From: Scyliorhinus canicula
Taxonomy: Eukaryota
Assembly (NCBI RefSeq): GCF_902713615.1
Contig: NC_052146.1
Location: 262,759,350-262,823,349 of the forward strand
DNA: 64,000 bases
Direction: 5' to 3'
A program made the translations under genes and the position numbers. Positions 1-12,379 of the stretch are shown in pieces (the first letter of the stretch is position 1; the number at the start of each line of letters is the position of its first letter). The notes beneath the pieces were generated by a model that ran no database searches, was not told the origin of the DNA, and saw only the letters and a program-made list of their open reading frames with translations.

Positions 1-877
1 CACCTCATTCTTCCACCCCCCGCCCACAACCTTCACTCTGGTCTTTAAGGATACTGTATTCACTGCCAGAAATATTTTATGAATTTGGACCAGGATAAAT
101 GTTAAGAACAGCTCTTTTTTTTTTAAGGAAAACCTGAACAACCCAAAAATCACCGGTTTTATGTTGACAAAATGTTATTTGGAAAAATTGATATGACATT
201 CAGCTGTAACCATGGTGAAGTGCAAATTATTCCAGCCAATGGCAAGAAAAATGAATTTTCAAATAGTGTTTACAGCTTGCAAATTTTGTGGATTGTTTTC
301 CATTCTTGTGTTTTTAAAATTAATTATATTTGCCTCAGCTCTTCAGATAGAGCTCACCTGAGGGAGTTGATCTTCAGTCGGGCCAAACCAGGAAAGTCCA
401 TAAAATGTCATCAACTCTGCTGGCGAAGCTAGATGCATATTTCATTTTCATAGTAGGGCCTAAATGTTTAACTAATTCTACCTATTTGTTCTAAAGTTTA
501 TTTGACTGGTGCTATGCAGGTCAAGTTTGTTCATGCATTAGTAATCACTGCATTTTGAAAAAATCATGTGTTGAGCATCTTGAGTGTTTTGATGACACAA
601 TCAATTGCTATATTAGTGTGTCTGTCTTTATCTTCACTTTAGGTGCCAGTGTTCAAATACAAATTTGCAGCTATCTTGTCTTCCATTCACTCACTTGCTT
701 ATTCAATTATGCTAACCTATCCTTGCCCATAGAGACCCTTGTCAAGTTATGTCATAGGAAAGCACTTATGCAACACAAATATAATGAGAACTCACCATTT
801 ATTTTAAAAGAAAAGGTTTGTGAGTCAAAGGGCCAGGAACAAGTCCTGCTGAAAGCCTTGAGATACCTAACTCATTA

Positions 878-1189
878 CAGAATCATAGAATTTACAATGC
901 AGAAGGAGGCCATTCAGCCCATCGAGTCTGCACCGACCCTTGGAAAGAGAACCCTACTTAAGCCTCACGCCTCCAGTCTCTTCCCCCTTTATCCCCGTAA
1001 CCCCACCTAACGTTTTTTGGACACTAAGGCCAATTTAGAATGGCCAATCCACCTAACCTGCACATCTTTGGACTGTGGGAGGAAACTAACGTGCAGACTC
1101 CACACAGACAGTGACTGAAGCTGGGAATCGAACCTGGGACCCTGGAGTAGTGAAGCAACTGTGCTAACCACTATGCTACCATGCTGCCC
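878..1189 (-). mobile_element. HE1-type V-SINE with CR1-derived tail
   Basis: tRNA-like head (GGGCAGCATGGTAGCATAGTGGTTAGC...GGTTCGATTCC), V-domain (CCACAGTCCAAAGATGTGCAGGTTAGGTGGATTGGCC) and tail GGGCTGAATGGCCTCCTTCTGCA. Confidence 0.85.
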
Positions 1190-1599
1190 ATTCGAGCAGC
1201 CCCTGTTTTTGGATGTTGAGTGCAAGTCTTTAACAAAATGTGTATTTGTAGTCATGTGCAGACATCAATAAATGTTCGGGAAGTAATTTCCAATCGAGAG
1301 ATGTTATTTATGTATGTTTATTTTTTTGAGAAGGATTGTGTTTTAACACTAAGCTTTTCAGCCTTCGAAAATGTCACTGCCTCCAAATTAACTTTTAAAT
1401 AAAATACAACAGTTCACTATTAATATTCAGTCAAGGATTAAACATTATGAAACAGATACTGAGAAAAGCATAAAAGAAATACTAAAACTTTTTATACATC
1501 CAGGAAATTAAGATTGATGTTTATAACCGGCATCCATCAACGGTTGCACGGGAGCCTCCTCAAAAGAATATGTTCTTTTCTTAAGATCTTCCTTTTTAA

Positions 1600-2600
1600 C
1601 AGTGAGGAGGGGCTTTTGTAATAGCCTCTCTGTCTATTGCTAGATTGATTGAGAGGTAGTATTAACTGTGATAAAGATATTCATGACCTGCATTCTCCCA
1701 ATCTTACAATTGAGGATATGTCTGTCCATCACCAAGATTGAGTACTTTCTTCTGAAACTCTTACCGATACATTTAATGACTCATGGCTCAACTTTCCTCA
1801 GCAGATTCCAAAGCTCATCACCGCACAAACTCATGTTACACAAAATTCTCATGCCCATACCAAGTCTGCTTGAGATTACTTCCAGTGGTTTCCTGATGCA
1901 CTGAACTTGAAATCCAGTGTCTTTAGAGCACAGGCTGGTAGACTTTGTAGAAGTAATGTGGGGGCAAGGCCACGAAGGAATTGAGAAGTCCGTACTGGGA
2001 TTTTGTATTCAATGCTTCCGGAAACCGGAATCATTGGAAAGGACAACAGTGACAGCCACACAGACTTTGTCTGCAAAGTTCTCAGACCCACAAGTTAGAA
2101 TTTTGTGTAGTAATGAGCTTTGGACACTGGTGAAGAAAGTTGAGCTGTGAGGCAACAAAAGTATGAATAAGGGTTTCTGCAGGGAAAAGTGCTCTGATGG
2201 ATGGGCACCCATGACTGCTATCGTTTAGAAGGACAAGGACAGCGGATGCATGGGAACACCACCACCTGGAAGTCCCCCTCAAAGCCACCATTCTAGTTGG
2301 AAATATATTGTTGTTCCTTGTTGCTGGATCAAAATGCTGGAACACTCTCCCTAACAGCACTGTGGGCCTACCTACACCAGATGGACTACACCACAAGCTA
2401 ACTCACCACCTTCTCAAGGGATGTTAGAGATGGGCAATAAATACTGGCCGAGCCAACGATGCCCACACCCCTGAATGAGTGTAAACAACTTCCTCAATTA
2501 GAAGATTGAGTGACTTGGCTCTGACTTGCTGTATAACCTCCTAACATCCCACAATTTGTCCAAAGCTTCCATGTCGGTGCCCAACAAGAACTCCCTCACT
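1600..2600. mobile_element. Two old L2-like LINE remnants in opposite orientation (about 1600-1900 +, about 2010-2600 -), the second interrupted by a LINE 3' fragment at about 2215-2480
   Basis: Degenerate translations SETLTDTFNDSWLNF and AETLIHTFVASQLNF resemble the L2 post-RT motif AETLIHAFVTSRLDY. The two copies are mutually inverted. Confidence 0.5.
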
Positions 2601-2754
2601 AAACCCTTTTGCTTTGCTTTACTGTTTGCCTCTGAAGGTTTTCTCAATGTATCCTTTTCACTGTCTTGATCCCGTTCATCTGGTTCTTTGTAAAGTGTCC
2701 TGAGATATTTCATTTCTTTGCAGGATACTCTGCCAGTGCCAAGTAGTTCATGGA

Positions 2755-3036
2755 TCATAGAATTTACAGTACAGAAGAAGGCCATTTAGCCCATCGAGTC
2801 TGCACCAGCCCTTGGGAAGAGCACCCTACCCAAACCCACACCTCCACCCTATCCCAGCAACCCCACCTAACCATTTTGGACACTAAGAGCAATTTAGCAT
2901 AACCAATCCATCTAACCTTCATATCTTTCGACTGTGGAAGGAAACCGGAGCACCCGGAGGAAACCCATGGGGAGAACATGCAGACTCCGCACAGACAGTG
3001 CTGTCTACTATGCTAACCACTGCTACTGTGCCGCCC
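2755..3036 (-). mobile_element. HE1-type V-SINE
   Basis: Same V-domain and CR1-like tail as 878-1189. Confidence 0.85.
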
Positions 3037-3079
3037 AGTTGTATGCTGTTTCAGGTGGAATTGTGAAGAGTATTTTGGA

Positions 3080-3478
3080 ACAGTAGCCAAGTGGTTATGT
3101 TCCTGGATTGGTAATCCAGACACCCAAGACTGATGATCTGGAGACGTGAGTTCAAATCCCACCATGGCAGCTGGGGAATTTAAATTCAATTACTTAAATA
3201 AATCTGGAACAAAAGGCTAGTATCAGTAATGGCGATCATGTAATTATCAATTGTCACTAAAAACTCTGGTACTCTAATGTCTTTTAAGGAAGGAAATCTG
3301 CTGGCCTGTATGAGACTCCAGACCCACAGCAGTGTGGTTGAATCTTAGTTGGTCTCTGAAATGCCCCAGCAAGCCATTCACTTTTCAAGAAGCTGGCTCA
3401 CCACCACCTTCTTCAGGAAAATTGGGATAATCAATAAATGCTGACATTACCAGTGATGCTGACATCCCATGAATTAAT
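3080..3478 (+). mobile_element. tRNA-derived SINE with LINE-shared tail; related copies at about 26715-27050 (-) and 29170-29510 (+)
   Basis: B-box GAGTTCAAATCCC. The tail CAATAAATGCTG...CACATCCCATGAA-like is shared with the LINE 3' ends at about 2400-2480 and 48300-48420. Confidence 0.7.
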
Positions 3479-4342
3479 ACATTTTACGTCAACTTTCAAC
3501 AGAGCTGTATATGGCAGCATAAAGGACAATGTTTATCCTTTCCTCTCGTCGCTATCACACTATTATGTACATTTTGATGTCATGATGAATTAGTTGTCTT
3601 TCCTTTGGAACGAATTACAAAAGTTAATCCTATAAACTGGTGTTAAGAATACTTAGCACTTTTACCCTTGAAGCAGTGGACAGTGAATCTCAAACTGCTA
3701 ACACAGAGAAACGTTTCAAATAATCAAGAAGGACATTGGTTTATGAGACTTCGTTTGAAACTGTTCCAAGTTCCACTGCATTTTCAAAAGGATATCTAAC
3801 TGCCTGAATTGATCAATTTTTCAGCTAGTATCTTGCAGGCAATTCAAATACATTGAGAGTCTATCCTAAATACAACTAAAATTTTGGCAGCGACAGAAAA
3901 GCTACTTATAAAAAAAATCACATTTAATGAACACACCATGCCATGGTTTAGTTTCAATTGGATGTGATACAAGTAATGGTACAAAATAATGAACGCGTGT
4001 ACACGTGCTTGTTGTGTTTTTTTAAACTGCATCTCACTGGATAGCTGCAAACAAATGTTCAGAAACTTTACAGGACAGACAGGGATCTCCTCATATTTAT
4101 GAAGCTGACTTCAGGGAGTATTGTATTTATAAGGTATCAAAATACAGGATTCCATTCATCCGTCAACAGATGTCTTGTTGGATTTAACAAAATTTCAGAG
4201 CAATGTTTACCTCAGTAAGAAATTTGCTAGTTGACCATTAGGCAAATGACAATAAGGTGATGATGTGAGTTATAAGTTTATAAGTCACGTGTTTTCTAAA
4301 GCTGAATCAACCTTCATAAATTTCCCATTCCTGTTGTTTTCT

Positions 4343-4348
4343 TTTATT
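4343..4348 (-). terminator. Candidate PRPH2 polyadenylation signal (AATAAA)
   Basis: First canonical AATAAA I found on the minus strand after the stop codon. ATTAAA variants also occur at 4917-4922 and 4514-4519. Usage is unproven. Confidence 0.4.
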
Positions 4349-4992
4349 AGCACTCCCTGCTTTGAAGAGGGAATATTCTAGTTCTATCTATAAGTTGATT
4401 TGTCACATTTATCTGATCTTGTTTTGGATTTCTAAAGTAAAGTTTTGAAATACATAAAATATTCATGGAAAACCTTCACTTAATGGAAAATGTCATTTTT
4501 CTTGGAAGATGCTTTTAATATTGAGCCCTATGTTGTAACAGCATATATACTATATAACTTCACATAGCATTTGAGCTAAATTAAAGGTGGCAGGAATGTT
4601 TTACATTGTCACACAATCAATCCATATTTCCAGATTCAGACACCTTGGTTACATTTACCACTTTATATAGTGCAAAGCATGGAAGGAGACTCCTGCTGAT
4701 TGAATAGTGCATAGACTGTCAAAATTAATTTCACAAAAGAAATAGACAATCCAGGTGTAAATAGATGAATTACATAATATGGTGGATGGTAGATGGATTA
4801 CATAATGTGATGGATTATAATACAAAATTCAGGAGAATAGAATCCTTATTAGGATACATGCATCATATATTATACAATAATGGGAATTGTTTGTCTGGTT
4901 TTGTATTGTACATTTCTTTAATTTTCATTTCCTTCCGAGTGCAAATTGTCCCCCACACCCCCCCCCCTCCCCCAGTGGGTTTTGTAGTCTCT

Positions 4993-5217
4993 TCAGCTGA
5001 CTGTGGCGACGGTCGTGCCCTCTTCTTTTTTCCCCTCTTCAGTTGTAGATACCTGATTGAACTTACCCAACTCTTTAATGCTCTCCAGCAGAGATTTAAA
5101 TGTTTCCTTCAGCCCTTTCTCCATTAACCAACCCTCACTCTCACACTCAGGATCTTCGGGATTTGCAATGCTATCCAGGGATGTGTGCAAATATTGGATC
5201 CCAACCATCACAGCCAC
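4993..5217 (-). CDS. PRPH2: Peripherin-2 coding exon 3 (terminal, 225 nt including stop)
   Basis: Acceptor ttttctacttgtactttAG|GTG, phase 0. Encodes VAVMVGIQYLHTSLDSIANPEDPECESEGWLMEKGLKETFKSLLESIKELGKFNQV..., the peripherin-2 C-terminal tail. The three exons sum to 1053 nt = 350 aa + stop. Confidence 0.95.
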   Translation of the reverse strand: MAVMVGIQYLHTSLDSIANPEDPECESEGWLMEKGLKETFKSLLESIKELGKFNQVSTTEEGKKEEGTTVATVS

Positions 5218-5649
5218 CTAAAGTACAAGTAGAAAATATACAGCCAGTTACACAAATCAGTGGTATTCACACAAAGGCAAAGCATCGTACAAGTATGCAA
5301 CTCGGTTCATTAATAGAAAGTGCTCTGCCGATGTATTTTGCAAATTATATTTGCTGCAAATGAAAAAAAAAGTTGCTTTTGAACGTAACTCGCATCATCA
5401 CCTTATTGCCATTCGCCTAATGGTTAACTAGCAAATTTCCTCCTGAGCGAAACACTGCTCTGAAATTTTGTTAATTTCAACATGACATATCTGTTGATGG
5501 ATGAATGGAATCCTGTATTTTGAGACCTGAACCATGCATGTCTTGAATATCTGGGCATTGTTAATGAATGATCAGACAGCCTGGTGGAATAGATGTGTCA
5601 CTGGGATTGGATTGATATTCTCACTTGGCTCCGGATAATCAGGACCATG

Positions 5650-7185
5650 TTCGAACAGGAAGAAGATGCTACACATGCCATGGTAAAAGAAGAGGAAATT
5701 CAAACACCAGAAGAGTTTAAAATGGAAAAAGAGGAAGTATTGGATAAGTCATATGTACTTAAAGTTGATAAAGTACCAGGACTGTATGAGATGCACTCAA
5801 GGATACTGCTAGATACGCACTGTCTGTGCTGAGTCTACACGTTCTCCCCGTGTGTGCATGGGTTTCCTCCAGGTGCTCCCGTTTCCTCCCACAGTCCAAA
5901 GATGTGCAGGTTAGGTGGATTGGCCATGCTAAATTGCCCTTAGTGTCCAAAATTGCCCTTAGTGTTGGGTGGGGTTACTGGGTTATGGGGATAGGATGGA
6001 GGTGTGGGCTTGGGTAGGGTGCTCTTTCCAAGAGCCGGTGCAGACTCGATGGGCCGAATGGCCTCCTTCTGCACTGTAAATTCTATGATCTATGATCTAG
6101 AAGTGAGAGTTGCAGAGCTACTGGTCAAAATTTTTCGGTCTTCCTCAGATTCAGAGGTGGTGCAAAAGGACTGGAGAATTGCAAACATTACACCCTTGTT
6201 CAAAAATGGGTGTAAGAATACTCCCAGCAATTATAGTTCAATCATCTTAACTTTGGTGGTGGAGAAACTTCTCGAAACAATAATTTGAGACAAAGCTAAT
6301 AGTCAAATGGGCAAATGTGGGTTGATTAAGTAAAGTCAGCATGGGTTTCCTAAGGAAAAATTAATTGTTAACTAACTTGCTGGAGTTTCTTTGAAGGGGT
6401 AACCAGCGAGAGCTGAGGGCAATGCTGTTGATGTGGGGTATATGGCCTCACAAAAAGAATTTGTTACAGTGCAGCACCACAGGTTTGTGAGCAAAGGGAT
6501 GCAGGAGTAGAGGCATATGGATGTATATGTACATAAATCATTGAAGGTGACAAGACAAGGTGAGAGGGCAGTGGATTTATTAACAGGGGCATAGAGTACA
6601 AGGGCAAGTTATGTTAAACTTGTGTAAGTCACTAGGTTACTCGCAGCCAGCGTATTACAGCCCGTTTTGGGTGCCGCACATTCGGAAGGATGTGAAGGCA
6701 TTGGAGAGTAACTAGAAAAGATTTAGAAGAATGGTTCCTGGGATGAGGAATTCCAGTTATGAAGATAGATTGAAGAAGTTGAGACTGGTTTCCTTGGAAA
6801 AGAAGGCTGAGAGGAGATTTGATAGAGGTACTCAAAAGCAGGAGGGGTCTTAACAGAGTAATTGGGACAAACTTTCCAGTCGTAGAAGGATCAAGAATGG
6901 GAGGGCACAGATTTAAAGTAATTAATAAAAGAAGCAATAGTGATATGAGGAAAAACAAATTCTCACAACGAGTGGTTTGAGTCTGGAATGCTCTGCCTCA
7001 CAGTGTGATGATGGCAGGTTCGAGTGAAGCATTCAAAAGGGAATTAGACTGTTATTTAAAAAAAAGGAATCTGCAGGGTTACAGGGAGAAGGTTGGAAAA
7101 TGGAAGTAGGGGAGTTGTACATTCGGACAGGAGGCGGAGATATGATGGGCCAAATGGCCTCCATCTGCACCTTTAAAATTCTGTG
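5650..7185 (+). mobile_element. Degenerate CR1 LINE fragment in PRPH2 intron 2, with a nested 5'-truncated HE1 SINE (about 5818-6098)
   Basis: Translations LKVDKVPG and DWRIANITPLFK, plus a CR1 3' tail. Confidence 0.85.
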
Positions 7186-8324
7186 AGGTAGTTCTGGCTG
7201 GGCACATAGTCGGAAACTTTAAAATGCTCTTTGTTGGCATCAAGCACGTGTTAAGCTCTGGGGACAATTAAGGAGGTCCTTAAAGCTTTTGATTCTGACT
7301 AATCTTTTCCTATATTTTCTGTATTTAGCTAAAAGGGATATGTAGAGAACCTGCACTCCATATTGCACAAAAACAGGCTATTATTATGAGTTAAGCGGTA
7401 ACTCGGTTGCCTGGCTAAAATTTCAGGGAAAAGTCAGTTCATTCCTGTTTCCGTTTTTGTTTCTTTCTGCCCAAGTATGGCGATAGATTTCCATACTTGT
7501 TGGAATCGTAGCTAACCAAAACAAAGACACTTTTTAAATGAACCAACGAAGTGTGGGTCTTTCTGATTCATGCTATTGCTTTCTGGCATGTGGGTCTGAA
7601 GCCATTCATGGCATTCTTGGTCTGATCTCCACCAGTTGACCTGTACCTGACCTGTTGGAATAATATTCTCTGCTCCTGAGTTGCAAAGCATCTGTAGCCT
7701 GTCCAGAGTGCTAATGCCCTTGTTTTGGAACAGTACAGTACAGTACTCTTCAGTCCTGCTTGGGAGTGTCAGCCTCTATTCTTGACTCAAGTCTGTAAAG
7801 TGGTACTTTATCCCATAACATTCTGACTCAGATGAGATTGTTATCATGGCTGAGTGGCCATGATATGTATCTTTGGTGTAACATGTAAGGATTACTGGGC
7901 AACACACTATTTCAACACAATATTTAACTAGTTTAATCTTGACCTCTCTGTTTCGAGAATCTTGAGTCACATTTACTTTTGAGATACCCCTGAAGTGTGA
8001 ATATCATAGCTAATTTTATCTGTGGTGGGAAGGCAGGAATGTAATTTCTGTACTGGATATATTTTTCATGGAAGAAGATTATTTGGATCTTAGGGCAATG
8101 CGACAATATGTGGAATTTGAGACAATAATCCCACTCCTTCTAATTGTGACATCAATTTATTTTGCTTAAATTGTCTGATAATCATACATCTCACGTGAGG
8201 AAAGACCTTATGGCCCATCAAATAAGCTTCAAACAAAGTTAATGTATTATTATCCTATCATAGCTTTTCCACCTCCTTGCCAGTGATTTCCCTCTCCATT
8301 CTCTGCAGTGGTTCCAGGAATGAT

Positions 8325-8760
8325 CTCTTTCTCCTGGGATGAAGAGGTTGTCCAATGAGGAAAGGTTGAGTGTGTTGGGCCTATACATATTGGAGTTTAG
8401 AAAAATTAGAGTTTATCTTGTCACAACATATAGGATTGTGAAAGGGCTTGATCGGGTAGATGCTGAGAGAATGTTTCCCCTTGTGGGGGAATCTGGAACT
8501 GGGGGCACAGTTTTAAAAATAAGGGGGCCTCCCATTTAGATGAGGTGAATTTCTTCTCTCAGAGGGTTGTTAATCTTCTCCAGTAACCAGTAGGAAGGCT
8601 GGTATATTCAGGGCTGTGTTAGGCAGAATTTTGATCTACAAGGGAATAAAGGTTGTGGGGACAGGCAGGAAAATAGAGTTAAGGCCACGATCATTATCAT
8701 ATTGAATGGCAGAGCAGGCCAATGGGCCAAATGGCTTACTCCCAGCTGCTGCTGTTCATT
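8325..8760 (+). mobile_element. CR1 LINE 3' fragment
   Basis: LSNEERLSVLGLYILEFRK...RMFPLVGES motif and 3' tail. Confidence 0.8.
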
Positions 8761-8919
8761 CTGTTCTCCTCCCACTGGCCCTACCCCCAACACACACACA
8801 TACATATTGGGTCCTGAGTTTGTATGTGTGGACCTCATACAAGTTATCCAGAAGTAGTACTGAATACAGTGTGAATCCTTAAGGGGTGAATAAACAGTGG
8901 GCATAATGAAAGAGAGGCT

Positions 8920-9665
8920 CGCATTTCCAAAGCACCTTTTACAACTTAAGACATCCAAAAACACTTTATAATTGAGAAGGGCTTCATTAACTATTATACA
9001 GGAAAGCATAGCAGGTAATTTGCACAAATCAAGGTCCACAAAAAATCATGAGTTAAATGACCAGATACTTGTTTCAGTGATAATAGTTGAGGACTAGATA
9101 ATAGCTAGAAGAGCTTTCGACTGTTGACTAGTAGCATTGGCATGGATAATTTCATGTGTATCTGAGGAGGTACGCTTTGGTTTAATGTGGTATTTGAAAG
9201 ACGGCACCTTAGCCAGTGCAGCACTTCCTCAATACTGCACTGAAGTATCAGATTAGATTGTATGTTCAAGTCCCTAAGGTGGTGACAGATGGCACGGTGG
9301 CACAATGGTTTGCACTGCTGTCTTATAGCACGTGGGTTTGATTCTGTCTGTGTGGAGTTTGGACATTCTTCCCGTGTCCACAAGAGTTTCCTCTGGGTAC
9401 TCCGGGTTCCTCCCACAGTCCAATGATATGCAGATTAGGTGGATTCGCCATGATAAATTGCCCCTTGGTGTCCCAAGATGTGTAGCTTAGGTGGGGTTAT
9501 AGAGATAGGGCCGGGGAGTGGGCCTAGGTAGGGTGCTCTTTCAGAGGGTTGATGCAGATTTGATGGGTTGAATGGTCTTCGTCTGCACTCTAAGGATTTT
9601 ATGGAATATAACCCCATGATTTTCTGATTCAGAGGCAAGACTGCAGTCAATTGAGCCAAGGCTGG
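8920..9665 (-). mobile_element. Deu-domain (AmnSINE/SacSINE-like) SINE interrupted by a + strand HE1 SINE (about 9290-9605)
   Basis: GAAAGACGGCACC...CAGTGCAGCACTTCCTCAATACTGCACTGAAGT segment; the tRNA-like head resumes after the HE1 copy. Confidence 0.6.
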
Positions 9666-11232
9666 CACCACTTAAAGATTACAAATGATTAAATCTTTCA
9701 GGACATTAAGATGTGTTCCATCCCAAACCAGCAACAATAGTCCAAAACATACTGTGTCAAAATTTGTTTTAATATTGCGTTTCAGCACTTATTAATTCTG
9801 ACTAAATGCAAAATAAACTAATCTTGTCCTTGTATAAATTACTTTTATAGACAGACTCACACACCTGTTGTTTTTGAATGCTAGAAAATTAAGTATCTTT
9901 TTTGTAACTTTTCTGATAAAGTTACATGCCGAAGTACAAGGTCCAAGAATTTAGATTGGTTTACCTGATTACATTAATGAAGCAATTTCTTAAAATATTG
10001 ACTAAAATACAGATGCAGATCCGGAATTCACCCTGTCCCACAAGGATTTTGCACCAGCAGTCCATTAAAACAGGATGTTGTAGAGACAGGTGAGTATAAA
10101 TACCACATATACTCCACAGATAACTCCACCTAACAACAATGCTTTAGAAAACAGATGTTTAAGTTCAAACATAAAGTTTACTTGTGATGTTGGTTCACCT
10201 TGCTGCAAAAAAAACCTAAGACTACCAACGATTCATTGACATGGCCACAGAGAAACAGTACCAATTCATCCCCAAAGAACTGGACTTGTTGGTGTAAAGG
10301 TAATGCAGGTAGCATTTGTCCAGAGAGATAAACCAATTAACTTTCTCTCCACAGATGCTGCCTGACCTGTTGAGTATTTCCAGTATTTTCTATTTTTATT
10401 TCAGATCACCAGCATCCACAGTATTTATCTTTTGCAGAACCTATTGTTGTAGTTTGTTTAAACGAGCCCATATTGATCCTGCAGATAGGTTGTGATTTTA
10501 TATAATGAATGTAAGAAGTAATTTTAAAAAGGTAACTGTAGAAACCCTCCAGCTACATGTCAGACTTTGTAAATGCTAAGCTGATCAATTTGTGGACTGC
10601 CGCCATAAGCTCATCAGAACAAAAGACTTGTTTTTGCTCTTAGGCTGTTTGTTGGTTTAACATCTGTGCTGAATCTGAGAAACATTTTCTTCAATGTTCT
10701 GATTAAAAGGCCCTATGCAGAGATTATGTATAGGGGTCAAGTTTGTTGGTTATTTTATGGGTGGTAAGGCAGAATTCAAAACATCAATAATATAAAAGCA
10801 AAATACCACAGATGCTGAAAATCTGAAATAAAAACAGCAAGTGCTACTTTCAGTCACGTTTTCCTGTGTAACAACAAGCAATTAATGAAGCTCTTTTCAA
10901 TTGTTCTGTGTTTTTGGATTTCTTAAGTTGTAAAAGGTGCAGTCATGTAGAAAGGATCCTCCCTATAGAAAATGATTGCTCTACCCACAGTTTACACACA
11001 AGCATACAGCTGGTACCCATTCTCCAGCTAGTGCTGTACATCACCCACAACTCTGAAAAAGTGCAATGATTCCCAGATATCTCATTGGGATCTTCCCATT
11101 AAAGGTATGTAATAACTATACCTGATTTGTGCTTGATAGGCACATCTTAGCAATTATCATTTGGCAAGAACATGTTACTCTTTGTAAGATTCAGAACCCG
11201 GTTTTCGCTTGCGTTAAATGAATGGCTCTTAC

Positions 11233-11479
11233 CTCAAGCATCCAAGCGAATAAGACCAGTGCGCCCATGGACTGCATCATGTTGGTGTAATAGTTGAGGA
11301 GGGCTTGCTTGCAGCCCCGGGTCCACAGGTTCAGCTCCTCGGTCTGGAACTCGTAGCTGTAATGGGCCGAGTTGTTGGTGATCTGCTGCTGGATGCAAGG
11401 TCGAGGGGAGGCTGGATTGCAGCAGCTGAATGGGACCCCGTCCGTCAGGTACTTTCCATCAACATTGCTCCTCACGCGG
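11233..11479 (-). CDS. PRPH2: Peripherin-2 coding exon 2 (247 nt)
   Basis: Acceptor tttccctccccccacAG|C completes Asp (GA+C). Encodes [42 protein letters not shown]...LNLWTRGC...WMLE, with the D2 cysteines and NNS glycosylation sequon. Donor GAG|GTAAGA. Confidence 0.97.
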
Positions 11480-11697
11480 CTGTGGGGGGAGGGAAAGAAA
11501 TAGCGGGACTGTGATTAGGGCTCAAAAGTCAACGAGGGCACATAAACCATGCCCATTGTATCTCCCCATCTCGTTCTTGAGTAATAAAAACTGAAGAATA
11601 AAATACCCGACTTCAGACTGAGGCAAACATTAACTCATCTCACCCACGGTCCCCTCATCCCACCACAACCCCCAGTGGGTTTCCCGCCTTTACTTAC

Positions 11698-12278
11698 TCT
11701 TTCACCTCCTTGGAGCTGAAGTCCAGGTATCTGTTGCTGATCCACTGGATCTCAAACCAGTCTCGGAATCCATTATTGCCACAGCAGCGAAATTCGATCT
11801 GAAGATGGTCGATGGTTTTTTTCATGAAGCAACGACCCGGAGTGTCGGTGTCCCGGTAATATTTCATGCCGTTCTTCAGACCCTTGGCCAGAGTATCCTC
11901 CAGATAAATCCTCATCAGGAAACAAAACACCACGGTGACGAATGTGAGGAAAGTGAAGAACAAACAGGCGGCCAGGTAGAACTTGAGGAAAGATTTCCAC
12001 CGGGCGTACTTCGCCGGATCGAGGGAATCGTAGCAAAACTTGCCGCCGAAGCAGTTGATGGCACAGGCTAGGACCCCCACCAGGATGAGAGAATTGGGGA
12101 CCAGGTGGCTCTCCTCGTTGTCCATCACCTCGCTTCGTTTCCTCAGCTCCACCTTAAGGAACAAACCCATGCCGAAGACAACGATTCCCGCCAGTACGCA
12201 GAACCAGTTCACGAGCCACAGCCCCTGAGCTAACTTGACCCGCTTCTGCAAGTTGAACTTGATTTTCAGAATGGCCAT
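11698..12278 (-). CDS. PRPH2: Peripherin-2 coding exon 1 (581 nt)
   Basis: Translates to [25 protein letters not shown]...[13 protein letters not shown]...[30 protein letters not shown], the characteristic peripherin-2 N-terminus, TM1-3 and start of the D2 loop. Ends AAA GA|GTAAGT (phase-2 donor). Confidence 0.97.
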
Positions 12279-12379
12279 TTTCTATCACAACCCAAACCCG
12301 GTCAGTCGAATTGGAAAGAGTTGGCTTTGGGTGAATCAATAAGATTTGGGCACGGGTGCAGAAAGGGCAGGAGACAGTC

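Larger units (their letters stand above)
4132..5528. repeat. Inverted repeat pair (4132-4272 and 5386-5528) flanking PRPH2 exon 3
   Basis: Manual alignment gives about 14 substitutions and one 2-nt gap over about 143 positions. Confidence 0.9.

Noticed and set aside
1876-2091. GLRTLQT resembles the GLRYLQT start of PRPH2 exon 3, suggesting an alternative terminal exon
   Set aside because: A stop lies immediately upstream in frame, there is no acceptor or further similarity, and the region is L2-derived.
1-4100. UBR2 terminal exons expected from human synteny
   Set aside because: No frame I examined resembles the UBR2 C-terminus.
10330-10850. Short inverted pair in PRPH2 intron 2
   Set aside because: Both arms are pieces of a common Penelope-associated repeat also present at about 17545-17610 and 23705-23760.
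11191-11475. ORF-track versions of PRPH2 exons as standalone proteins (also 11694-12278 and 4993-5217)
   Set aside because: They run past or begin inside splice sites; the exon boundaries are given in the features.
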